The notes beneath the pieces were generated by a model. That model had not been told where the DNA came from. It saw only the letters and a list, made by a program, of their open reading frames with translations, and searched no databases. Source: Folioceros fuciformis (taxonomy: Eukaryota). From it: DNA of 50,948 nt. The stretch spans positions 282,234-333,181 of the forward strand of contig JBNGIO010006382.1 in assembly GCA_049999805.1 (NCBI GenBank). The letters run 5' to 3'. This document shows positions 11,425 through 23,715 of the stretch, one piece after another (within the stretch, counting starts at the first letter, position 1; the number at the start of each line of letters is the position of its first letter). Both the position numbers and the translations under genes were made by a program.

Positions 11425-14400
11425 TCATTGTGCTAATGCGGATTGTAATGCAAATTTTTCCTTGGTGCAAAGATCCTGCATCATACAGAGTCTTCTCTGT
11501 CAGACCACTCGGCTGAGTAAGGCAAAACTTAGAGACGATGGAAAGAACAAGCCGAACCCATTTCTCAGAGGGCTATACAGGGTCCTCTACTCGGATGACA
11601 ACAAATCCAACGCAGTACCTCGCAAAGTGCCTCAAACGCTCTCCTATCCCTTTCTGCAAACTGCTTGATGAAGTCTACTATATATGCTGCCAAATTGATC
11701 TGCATCCAGCCACTCAGAAACGTTGAAGCACAGAACATACTCGTAGGCACATCCCTTGAAAATCCATCCATCACAGATCAAGTAGTGAGTGACTACAAAA
11801 CCATCAATCTCCCTAACCCCAAACCAACCTGCCTTATCCAAAATTTCCGCGCCCACTGGTTGCCTAATGTTGGCACCTGTAGGGCATGTTTGGAATTTGT
11901 AGGGCCCCAGCTGTAAGAGCCCTGTGTTGACTGCTGAACGTAAGTGGAAAGCCAGTACAGTCAAGCATTGACCCATATCCAGGAAAACACGACCTCCAGA
12001 TTGCAGAGCATCTTTTCCCTATCCCTACCTGATTAATTGGATCATTGCTCGCATAGGCGTCCTCCATATCGACAATGTCATCACTCTGCAGCAAATCAAA
12101 CTTTTTCAGATTTTCTGGAAAGCCGGCACATGATAAGCAGAATTAAAAGCACATCTGGAGTTCGGGTTACCTCACGATCCACCAAGTGCTGCGCCAACTC
12201 GAGAGGTTGAAACACCGACTTTTCCTGGGCTTGTATCGTGTTCTCCATGGGTTCCAAGTCCAGATCTTCGTCATCAGATAAGACCTCATCCCAGTCATCA
12301 TCATCCTGTGTATTCCAAACACGTTAATCAAGTCAAGCTTCTCTGCCATCCTTGACTACATTCTTGAACGGCAAAAGATTTAAGGAATGCATGATTCAGG
12401 AGATACTCACACTAGCTACGCCAGCTGCACTTTGCTCCTGCATGTCAACCAGCACATCTGCAAGCAAGGAGAGCAGCTGCAAAACCAGATTCGCAAACCC
12501 TTACCACTTGCCATCAACCAAATACAAACACTGTGCACCAAAGAGATCATCCATTTTCAGTATGAGAAACCTTGGCTGGGAGGGCAACTGAAGTCCACTC
12601 GGCTGCAGCCTTAGATCTAGATCGGGTTACAATTCCACCTTCCGTTAGCTGCACAGCAACCACAATATTTCCTTAGCTAGCTCACCAGTCTCCACCTCAT
12701 CACACAAAATCTCCTTCCAAAAAACCAAGTTCTCTAATTATCTACATTAAGGTCAGCTTCTCTTCAGGAATTTCAGATTGCAGAAGCCTGCTGAATACAA
12801 TGTCTCGCCTTTTGTCGCCCTGGGACGTGTATATTGGCAAGTTGTGGATGCCCTGTTGATAGTAACAAAGCTAAAGCTACCGTACTGACTTTTATCTTGT
12901 AAGCACCTTGAATATCCCCTGCATACCGATTTCCCCTCAGAGAACCAGGCAGATCTATCTTTTTCATTTCTCCCATTACAGATTGGAGCAACAGTAAAGC
13001 CCATCTAAGTGAAATGATGTAGTAGAGTTACCTTGATGCTTCGTCCATTCACACATAACAAATGCCAATGAATTGTCAAAGCCTTTAGCAGGAACACTGA
13101 CAAGCAAGTCGATAAATTGCTCCACATTTGGTGCACTCATATGTATCTGCTTTCATGTGACAAGTGTGAACACAAGCCTGCCCACAGATTGAGCTAAATG
13201 GGACTCCCCAGGCAGAATCAATGTTTCTCTCGCTTTGGGGCTTACCAGCCTGGCAAATACTAACAGCAATGAGCTCTTCAGGCCCACGAGTTGCGCAGTC
13301 TCCATACGTGCTACAAGGGCGGAGATCAGCTCCCGAACATGAGGCGCCATTTGAGCAGAGAGGTGCTGTACAAGGGACGTTACCAAACTCCCAACAAAAA
13401 GAGATGCTGAGTTCTCCATCTCTGGATTCAATAACCTGTCAACCCCAACAGAAAACTCTGAGATCACTTGTACGTGTCGTGGAAGCTCTATGACATTGGC
13501 AGGGACATCTAAAAATGACAGACACCTGGCAGCAGCATCCAAAAGAACTTTCATGGACCGATCAGGATCCCCACTCCAACCAAGCAAAGCTTCTCTGCCA
13601 CCATTGACAAACGCAGCAAGACACTCCGTGCCATTCTGCAGAAATTCCCTGAAATCCCATTAGTCATCAGAAATTGCCTGCTATCCCAGTATGCTTTCCC
13701 ATACAAGCACATGCTTAACTTCTGCAAGTAGCTAAAAATGTACAATCTTGCATGATCTTTGTGAGAAACAAAGAAGCTGAGGCTCATTACCTGTATCACT
13801 GAATGGTCATCGCTAACCACAACAAGATTGCAGATTGCAGGAAATGTTGCATCGTGCACAGTATGGATGATCTCAAGTGGTGCATCCTGCAGTGGAACAA
13901 CCATCCACACCTGCAACTGTGAGCTTTTGACAAGCTACTTTCGCAGCATTTCTCACAATTACTAGCTGTCCTCACAGAGAGAACCATCTGATGCACCCTG
14001 CATCGCAATGAAGTGCTCAGTGCAGAGTTAAGAAACATGGGACGGCTGCGCATACCTTGAGAAGCATTGTTATCAAGTCCAATGCTCCTGCTACCAAGCC
14101 TTCGGATGAAGGGCGAGGCTGCACCAGAATCCAAACACAACGTGAGTAATTACTAGAACCATAGCACAAGAGGGTAGCAGACAATGGCACGAGAAGCAGT
14201 AAGAGAATGGGATGCAGCCCACATTAGCCAGAACGGGAGACAAGACAAGCAATGCACGATGTGCCAGAGGCTCCCAACATCCAGGAACTTGACTAATACC
14301 CTGAATTCACAACAACAACGACCTTCAGTCTGTCTTCAATGATTAAAGAGTATGCTGCGAAGACATTCTATGGCCAGACGACCTCAAGTATCTCCAATGC

Positions 14401-17400
14401 ATCGATAGAAATCACTGGATCTTGAACATTTTGTGCCCAAATATTGAGAACCAAAGGTGAAATTACGGACTCCACAGCAGCTGTTGCCTGCGCATCTGCA
14501 TAGGTTTTTATGGACAAGTGATGGAATTCAGCTGAAGTGAAACAAAGATTGTCATGACAGCCTGTTGTGAACAGAGTAACAACACACCTACACTCACAGC
14601 ACACTGTAATGTTTCCAGCACCAAGTGCAGAGTTTCGTCTGACGCCTGCACAGTAACGACAAAATTAGCATAATCGTGCTAAAAAGAATGCATGATTCAC
14701 GTTGCTTAGGACGTAGAGATCCTGTCTCTAGTGCCAACATCTACATCACCCTACTCTATAATCGAGACAGAAGAGATAGGTGTACATACCTGCAGTGTTC
14801 ATGTCGTGAAAGACAAAGCTTAAAGGTAGGGTGACTAACCTCGTGCAAAAGCTTTCCAAGGGCATTGAACACACTTCCCAATTGTGGTCTTAGGAATGCC
14901 AAGTCAACTTGAGGAAACAGTTCTGCTATTGCTCTACACGAACCCACCTTGATAGGTGCTGGTCTGCAGGTATGACCTTAGTCAAGCCGTTTAGCATTGT
15001 AAAGACTGATGAGGCGAAAAGCAATCAACGCACAAAAACTTACGCTTCAGAGTTTAAACCCTCCATAGCAGAAAACAAAAACTGTTGAGACCTCTCGGCA
15101 TTTATCTGTCAGTGAAATTAGGTGAAAAATTACTGGGGCAGGGTTGAATTCAAACTGTATCACCGCACACTGTCTGGAAATCTGGGAAGAAAAACACTTA
15201 CAAGAGATGCAAACTTTGCAGCTGCCCATAATCCTCGGCCACGAAGAAAGGGGCACTGCGCCATGCCTGTGGAGGAGGGAGAACACTGCTGTTAGTTGGA
15301 TCGACATTTACCAGCAATCTGTCACTAGCCCGCATAAAGGTCCCATCAATCACATCGATTAGTTTCACGTCAGTTCGAAAGAGGTTGACCCTGTTGGGAG
15401 AGGACAAGTACCCTCCAAAGTCGACAGGGGTACAGAGGGTTGAATGCTCAGACTAACCTGCACCTCCTAAGTCCTCAATGAGAACACTTTCAAGAAAAGC
15501 TTCCAACCGAAATTCACCAGATCTTGCTTCTTCCTGGACAAACAATGGCAAGTTGTCAGCTTCAACAGTGACGTGATTCGACCCCGCCCTCCAAGAGGAA
15601 AGAATCCCTGTGTTCAGGCAACAAATCTACCCGTGCTTCAAGGAGGGCATCTGCAACGCTTCCAAAAGCCAAAATTGACGCCTCCCTCAACTGTTTCAGA
15701 AAAAAATGATTAAAATTAAAGGTATTACAGAAGAGGCTGTGAACAAGCTGGCCACTTTGACCTAGCTTTAGATCTGCGTCAGAAGATCTTGACACACCAC
15801 AAGTGCCCAAAACGCAGGCCCACCAAAATGGTAAAGAAACAACAGGTCTTGAGCACACCTTCCACCAAGCTGTCTGCCCCAAAGCCTTAGCTTTACTAGA
15901 TTCCTCAAGCCGTTGTTGAACAACATCCGAAAGTGACTGTAAAGCTTTCAGACCAAAGGCTTGTACTAGCTCCTCCAGGAGCAAAATCCCTGATCCATCA
16001 TTGCTCAGTTGCAAAGTCAGTCAAAACCAACTGTAGTACATTAGTACCGAAACGCATTATGTAGAAGGGCTTGATTGTTACACCTGAGACTCTGCAGCTG
16101 TACGTCACATCATCTTCATCTGCCACATATTGATTGGGATCCGTGGACCAGGTTTGCACCTGCAAACACAGCATCAGGTCAGTTTCTTCCACGACTGAGA
16201 ACAAGAACAGCAGTGCACAGCTAGGCCTCCAAAAACAACGTGGTGACCACGTAGAACTCGGCCAAATAACAGGTGTACTTCCAGGACTAGGCAGGAAACC
16301 ATGAAGATGCCAAAAACTGGTAAAACCTTGCCTGATCCTCAGTCATTTGCATATACCCAATTGTAAAGTAGATGAGGTTCCCAATGTGCTCAGATATCAC
16401 CTGCAACAACAGAGTTATGTCTATGAAACTCTGAATTGCAGGTTATGAAGCAAGAGAAAGCGGCCAATGGATCATGAAACAAGACTGAAAGTGTCAAATA
16501 TGATCCATACCCTGTTATAACGAGGGCTCCCAACTAATGCCAGAAGGAACTCAAAAAGCTACATCCAAGGGAAAGGTCAATGTCGTGAGGTACAGATAAA
16601 AGAGGGAGGTACAGAACAGGTATTGCGTATCCCTTCACCACAGCATGGCTTAAATCACCTGGATTATAAGAGTCTCTAAGCTCTGATCACTGCCATCTGA
16701 ATCAGCATCATCTGCAAATGACTGTCTCGCTTGGTGAATGCAGGCTATCTCGTAGACCTGAAGGCCTGAGACAACAGTCTGCCACAAAGGACCAAGCACC
16801 ACTGGACATCACCAGCACACTACATTTAGCACACAGTGCCCAACACACCACCAGTGCTCCAAACTCGCCTTCTCTATCAGTTAAATTCATATGTCCACCA
16901 ATGCCTTAGCTCTAACCTGGCAGATCTGTTCCTGCTAATTTTGGGAAATTGTGTACAATGTGGAGCAGACACTTCAGAGTCTGCAAACGAGAGATGCTTT
17001 GTGTTAGACGACTGCATATCATTTGAGCTGACTGTTGATGCGTTAACGACAAGTACAACTTCACCTCGATTCTCAAACACCAATCTTTAGGATCATCTAG
17101 CGGAACCGGTGGAGAAAGGATGAGAGCAAATTGTTCCATCCAAGATTTGAGCATGGGTGCCATTAAATTCCTCGTTTCTGACTGCAGGACATCAGACATC
17201 CTTAAGAGGTCCCCAAGCTGCCTTTAACAACTGGATGTAAATAGCAGGGAAATGAGAATGGGAGATGGCTAGCAGAGCCCAAGACCTGAGCTTGAAAAGG
17301 AAACCAAAACAGAGAACCCCCACTAGTGAAAACTCACGATATAAGCCCCACTCATCACGCCAAGAGTAGCTATGCAGCTGTGAAGGACCATAAGAGCTCG

Positions 17401-18683
17401 GCGCGTCATCCCAGAGTCATATTCCTGAAGATGTCAAATAAAGATTGTGTCACATACTCGTCAAATTTTCACGGCCTATCCAAAAGACAGAGGAAAGACA
17501 AGAGCCTCACTTTCGTTGATATTATTTCATAGAGTACAGGAAAGAGAACGGGTACAAGGGAAGGCACTTGTGAGTCATCCAAGTCACAGGCAAATAGAGA
17601 TAGACACCTCAGAGCTCCATGGACTGCACAACATGAAAGCCGGTGCACATTTTGACAAAAGTTTGAAACGGATGCAATTAACAGTTACAATTTGAACAGC
17701 TGCAAAAACACAGGAGTTGTTTTGACAACGGCCTGCAAATTGCCTATGAGTTCATCAGCATATGATCAAAATAACCCTGGTTTCTGACACACCTGTGTTT
17801 TGATCACCTTTGGCACTGATAGAAGCCACAAGGTAATCCATGAGATCAGGCCATTCCTCTGGCCAGTCATGGACTGCGATAGCGGCAATTGCCATCCCAA
17901 TCGCAGTTCGTATTTTCCCAGACGGGTCTTCTAAAGCTGGTGGCAGAAGGCTACGAATGGCTACCTGCAACACCAGATTTATCATGAGTAGAGCTTCGTG
18001 TTACGACACTCTGAGGGCCGTTTACGTTGACTGGCAGCAATGAGGGCAACGTTCAGTGGCTCCATTTGATTCGAAAGGTGAGCGTACCTTATCCTCAGCT
18101 GAGGCCACGGGTGGCACATAGTTGGCATCATCTTGCTGCCAATGCTGCTTGACGAATTGTTTCAATAGCACTGCAGCTAAGTGGGACAGTTATGGATCCA
18201 ATGCCATGAAAGTAAGAACTCCCTACGCCTTGGAACACTCCCCTAGACATTAATCAAATCTGTACCGCACACAAAGATCAACAATGACAGCAAGACATAA
18301 CACCGTATCTGCGTCTCTCTAAATAACTTCTGCCGAGGATATTTGCCGCAGGCCCAATTGTACTTCCTTGTTCACAGTGACTTTGGCAAGGGCCACTCCA
18401 TAACCTGAGACAAACGCCAGGCAGTTAACTCCTCGGAGTCACGGACAAAAGAGTGACCGTGTCACCCAGGACTGTGCAGGGTCCAGGATGATACAGCCAG
18501 CAGAAAGCTGAGAGCCTGTGCAATATCTCAGAAGATGGTCTAGGCGATCACACCTGGCTGCGTCGCTGCTTGCTTGAGAGCGTCCTCTGCAGCCCATCGT
18601 CTCTCCAAGCCGGGGTCCAGTGAGGCGCTGAGGCAGTTTAACAGCCACAGCTGGCCTTCATCTACACTGGGAGGAGTATTCAT
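11425..18683 (-). CDS. IPO9: Importin-9 (karyopherin-beta family), many exons
   Basis: Starts MNTPPSVDEGQLWLLNCLSASLDP; exons give LAAVLLKQFVKQHW, IRTAIGMAIAAIAVHDWPEEWPDL, DPNQYVADEDD, PFLRGRGLWAAAKF, IQGAYKIKVSTVALALLL, GIVTRSRSK and DPINQINLAAYIVDF; ends DLCTKEKFALQSALAQ* (TGA 11427-11425). Not every internal junction was verified. Confidence 0.92.
18181..18342 (-). other. U12-type (minor spliceosome) AT-AC intron in importin-9
   Basis: Donor ATATCCTC, branch-like TCCATAAC close to the 3' AC; removal joins ...LGLRQ|LAAVLLKQF in frame. Confidence 0.88.
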
Positions 18684-19574
18684 GGTCTCCCTCTGACTCT
18701 CCTCTTTACCCTGAGCTGCGAGTCCAGGTCCAGCTTCTACAAATTTGAGCTACCATAATCCGCACCCGGCACTGCAATCCAATGTCACAACCGCTCACAA
18801 AGACACACACTTCTTACCACTCGAGCCTCCTTTCGACGTGGGCGGTCGATCAATTTCCACCAGCAGGCCAATCCTCTTAAAAAAATCTAAGACAAACGCA
18901 GCTGGATTCCCCTTACTACAAGATTCCCCTCAATTCAGCGCCTGCGGCGCAGAAGCAATTCCAGAACCGCCCCAGAAATTTTCGACCGCTGGCAGCAAGA
19001 ATTGATCGACAACGCAGTGGCACTGAGCTCGGGCGATCTTGCATCCAGAGCCTACCAACAGCCACGACTACATGGCCATCGCTGAAGTTGCGAAACGCTT
19101 TAAACCCTGGAGCGAGGGAAGAGTGGCGGCGCAACTGCCGCATTCTGCCGCCCCGGTTGCGCCCATGGTTGTTAGCCGGCGGAACCCGGGCAAACCTCCC
19201 GGGCTGTCCTGCATCGGCTATCGCCAGAGAAGGGTTCTCGTTTCGCCGCAAGAATTGCGTCTTTTCAGCTTCCGGGGAATGAACCGTTGGCCAGGGGCAA
19301 TGTGAAACACGGGTCCGGTTACCGAAACCCCTGGTTGCTACTCCGTAGGCAAGCAACCGCGCTATGCGGTGTCACAAGGGGTGAGAATCCGCGTTGGAAA
19401 GTGGGGCCGTGTAGAGCAGTCGCCTGGCCTAACGCGCGAAGCCTCCAGAGATCGAGGCGGGGAATGCTGCGGAGGTTTTCGAGCTGCTGGCGCCGTGATT
19501 CCTGAGTCGTGCATGCGAGTGCGATTCAGCTCACATTGCGCATCTGCCGAGTGGAAGGAGAGGCGGCGACCAAA

Positions 19575-20820
19575 ATGCAGTGCGTCCGCAACATTCTGAG
19601 TGATTTGCAGGTCTTGCGATCCATATGGTTTGCCAAAATCGAAGGGGAGTCGCATAAGGAGCGGCTGGAGTCGTTCTACGGGCCTCAAGCGGATGCCTGT
19701 GAGTGCCTGCCTCCTCACGGCCGCGGGGCCTGGTGCGATCGGCATGACTTTGGCAGGGTTATGACGGAGTTTTGGATTGCTGTGCAGATGATCACTTCAG
19801 GGCTAGGTTTCTCCACGGCAGGGCTGGCCTACTCAAGTCCTGCGCAGCTCGGTTGGAGGCGCTGGCCGACCGAGGGGGCTTAGTTTGGGTGGACCTCGGC
19901 GGTGGCACGGCTGAGAACGTGGAGATGATGGGACGCTATTTCGATCTCAACAAGTTCGAGAAGATTTACGTGGTGGACATCTGCGGCCCTCTTTGCGATG
20001 TTGCCCGCAGGAAGGCTCAAATCCGAGGTTGGAGCAATGTGGAGGTTGTGGAGGCGGACGTGTGCTCGTTCGAACCGGAGGTCGGGCCGGCCAAGCTCGT
20101 CACTTTCTCGTACTCGCTTTCCAGTTGAGTTGTCATCGCATCCCAGAACGTGATGCAAGTGTTGGATTTGCTTCGGCACTTTCTCCTCTCCCGCGCGATT
20201 TCCAGCCATGTTGTCTGTATGATCAGATGTGTAAAAGCTAGGTCTGCTGTGTGTTACGGACCTTCGCGAGGAACGTTTCCACCAGACTTGCCCTCCTTCC
20301 TTGATTTGCTGACCTGGTGGCCGTTTCTCCGCAGTGATTCCTCCTTTCATGGACGCTGTCGACAAAGCAGCATCGTACCTGAACCAGCAAGACGGCATCC
20401 TTGGCGTCGCAGACTTCTTCACTTCGCAGAAGTTCGACTCCGCGGAGAGGCAGCACGGCTACTTCACCCGGTGGTTTTGGAGCACTGTCTTCGATTTGGA
20501 CGGCATCGACTTATCTCCTTCGCGGAGGCTTTACCTAGACCATCAGTTCGAGCAAGGCGAGTAAAACCCCTTCCACACTCAACTAACTCGTTTCCTTCCC
20601 TTTCTCGGTGGATCATGTCCCTCCATCTGGTCACTTTCCGTGTCGCTCGTGTGCGTCTGGACCGTGACCCGACCTCATCACTTTCTCCCGCACTGCAGTG
20701 TACGAGAGCAACTCATCCGGCGGCATCCCGTATGTGCCGCTGCTCAAGGTGCCCTACTACATCTGGCTGGGCAAGAAGAGGTCGGCCTCAGTGATGAACG
20801 GCAGCGGCAATCATCTGTAG
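19575..20820 (+). CDS. btaB: Betaine lipid (DGTS) synthesis SAM-dependent N-methyltransferase, BtaB domain only (corresponds to the N-terminal half of algal BTA1)
   Basis: Exons 19575-19698, 19788-20123, 20335-20556 and 20699-20820 (third intron GC-AG). Motifs RLESFYGPQADAYDHFRARFLHGR, WVDLGGGT, IYVVDIC, TFSYSLSMIPPF, GVADF and IPYVPLLKVPYYIWLG match the BTA1 methyltransferase domain; stop TAG 20818-20820. Confidence 0.88.
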
Positions 20821-21215
20821 AGGTCAATTCGACGAGGCAGTGCACCACCTCCGGCCACCCCTCCATTCCACCGCACAGTGCACTGAGACTGCGAGGGAGA
20901 CTGCCACTGCCCATGCTATCCATCCGACACGATCCGCATCCTCTCAAGGTATCCACATTTTCATCATATCAGGCACTGGCTGAGGACGCAGGTAGCCTGT
21001 CGGCGTGGAAAGCGGAGAGCCACATGCTTTCTTCACGTTCCTCTGCAGAGAGTCGTTTTACTTTGCCCCAGCTGACACAAGAAGATGCCGGCAGCAAGGC
21101 GAGCAGCGTTACGGTGCTGTAATTGGCCATGGTATGATCGCCGTGGTGCGCAATGCCGTCCACAGCGATGGCATGCCGTCGTGCGAGAGGCATGGTTAGG
21201 TAGTGCTGTGTAACG

Positions 21216-21250
21216 GAATTGGAATTGGGATTGGGATAGGGATAGGGATG
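21216..21250. repeat. Short hexanucleotide microsatellite (GGAATT/GGGATT/GGGATA)
   Basis: ggaattggaattgggattgggatagggatagggatg. Confidence 0.6.
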
Positions 21251-22473
21251 AGAGTATGTTATGTCCATACATATTTGCGCAGTACGGGGTGTAACGGTGC
21301 TCAGTTCCCCCACCGGTCAACGGCAACAGGATGCCGGGCAACAAGAAAAACGGCGAAACGGGAAAACGCGACGCGTGCACGCGAGGAGCCAGTTGGCATG
21401 GGAGGCCACTTGTGACAACGGCGCAGGAGCTTGGGGTGTTTTGCGGCTCCGAAGCTCATCCCATGGGATACTGGCGGGCCAATCATGTCCAGGCGAGGTA
21501 TGCGAGGCCGCAATTAACCATGCATGGTGTATGATATGAAGCGTGCAGGTTAGGATTGGTGACCTGTTGTAGGGGTGGGCCCGGGGTGCTTGTGGGGCCT
21601 GTAGAGGGGTTGTGCCGGGAAGGGGGTTTCGCCCGCCCGCGTCGTCGACTGGAGGAGCGGAGGCGGGGAGTTGATATCGAGGAGGGAAGGGGAAGGGGTA
21701 GAATGGAAGAGTGGGGACGGAAGCAAGAGAGTCGCGGTGGAAGACGAGCTCGAGGCGTGGCCAGATCCGATCGGTTAAAGGCGAGGTGGAGCAATCGCGT
21801 CGGCTCGGCAGGGGAGGAGGAGGCTGGAGGAGAGGAGCGGAGTGGCCCGGCCTGGCCTGTGATTGGGCGGCTGGGCGGTGCGGAATTGCAGTGTGGTGAA
21901 GAGGAGCTGGAGCCTGGCAGGCCCCTGGGCCATGGCACATTGGAGCCCCGCGGCAGCCGTAGCGTCCTATCAGCGCTTCATCGGGCCCTCCTCCGTCTCG
22001 CTCTCCGCCTCCCACGTCTCTGGATTCTCGCTCGCCTCCGCGCTCCGCAGCTCGGTGGGCCTCTCCACCTCAGCCTCATCTTGAGGAGGCGCATTTTGGT
22101 TCGGAATGCGGGGTGGGGGATGGAGGGAGACCGTGGTGGTGTGTGGGGGTGTGTGGGCTGTGACAATTTTGCCATCCCGTGGTTCTTGTTCCTGTGGGGT
22201 CGGTGGTGCAGAAGCAGCTGTCCCTGTTTTCGAACCATTGCCTCTGCATTTGTTTGCTGAGTGAACCGAGGTGTCGGTAGCAGCGTACAGCCTTGGCTGT
22301 CTGAAGAGATTGCGTCTTATCGTTGTCGGTTTGATGTTGTTGTTTGCATTTCGCACCCCCGTCCCTGCGCGGGTGAGCCCTCTCCCGGTCTATGCTCTTT
22401 GTGGGACGGGGGGAACCGAAGAATCAGGCCACTAGTCTATGATGCTGGTTAGGGTGTTGCAAGGCTGTAGGTG

Positions 22474-23715
22474 ATGCGCGCTGCTACTCGCAGTTCCGAT
22501 CGATGTCAATGGTGCTTTCTGCGTAATTTCGTTGCACAATGGAGGGTGAATCCATCCAGGATTGGCCCGAATTATGTTTCCACCTAGGTTTCAGCAGCCT
22601 GATGCTCGTTGTTCCTTGTTTTTGCAGTTGGTGAGCTTCAGTGCTGCTAACGTGGTGGCACAACAGGGTTCAATGAACTTTCCACCTGCCCAGTTTCCTG
22701 ATCAGTAAGCTGTCCGACCTTGGCCCCGCTCCGGTCTTTGTCCATCTCGTCATGTTGGCTCTTTTCTGGTTGAAGGACATGTTGACGCATGGGCGGGGGT
22801 ACTTAATTGGATGAAAGGACTCGGTGGGGGTGCCGCTCGTAGACCTTGTTTGTGTAACTTTGTCGTCTTGTTTGCCTTGTCGATTTCAGACCCAGCCCAT
22901 GGAGGTTTGTACGCTGGCGTAAAGCACAGGAAAGGCAAAAACCTGTCGCGCCTTCCAAGAAATGTACGTCTGTGCTTCGTCTCCTGATGCCACTATCTAG
23001 AATCGTGTGCTTTCCCTCTCTTCCTCTACCGACATCTCTGTATGTAGCAAAAGCTGAGCGTTTGCAATTCGATGGTGGTGGACAGCTGAACAGAAGAAAG
23101 GGAACTTCGTGTATAAAGTCGTACCTGGTGAAGATCTTGCGGATGTTGCGGCTAAGTTCAACACTTATGTTGAGGTTCTCTTGGAGGTATGGCCCACAGT
23201 TTGTGTCCTTCGGTGATTCTCGCTTACTTTGAAGGATGCTGAACGTCCTGCGTGTGTGCATTCCTGCAGGCAAACCGCATTCTCAATCCAGAGAATGTTG
23301 CCCCTGGCCAGCTTCTTTGGGTTCCTCTGACTTACCAGATCAAATGGGTAAGTAATACAGTCGGACTTGCTCCGGACGGCTTGTCGAGCAGCTTTTTGCC
23401 TGCAGAGCGTTTGAACGTGATTTGCCTTCTTCCTTGCTTGCAGGGAGATACCTTGTGGTCTCTGTCCCGAAGATTTGGTGTAAAGATCGAAACAATTCAG
23501 GCAGCCAACGGCATCCAAGACAGAAACTTGATATTCGCAGGTAATTGAGGGCGGCATCTCCCAGTTCATCCATCCATTCCGCACGCTCCTGACTATTTCG
23601 CATGGCCCATCAGCATGCATCCCCCTATAGCGTACCTAAAATCTGAATTTTTTTATGGCATCTGATGGCAGGTGACATTATGGTTATCCCAGACGAGCCA
23701 CTGGCCGCCTATTGA
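22474..23715 (+). CDS. Small protein with two tandem LysM domains and no obvious signal peptide; alternative last exon at 23777-23835
   Basis: In-frame exon chain 22474-22545, 22628-22704, 22890-22963, 23086-23186, 23270-23347, 23444-23540 and 23672-23715. LysM1 YKVVPGEDLADVAAKFNTYVEVLLEANRILNPENVAPGQLLWVP; LysM2 YQIKWGDTLWSLSRRFGVKIETIQAANGIQDRNLIFAGDIMVIP. The start codon is uncertain (an in-frame ATG in exon 2 is also possible). Confidence 0.8.

Noticed and set aside
21317-22260. Overlapping 232-234 codon ORFs on both strands
   Set aside because: Low-complexity Gly/Arg/Pro translation expected from a GC-rich promoter or 5' region; no family motif and no BtaA similarity.
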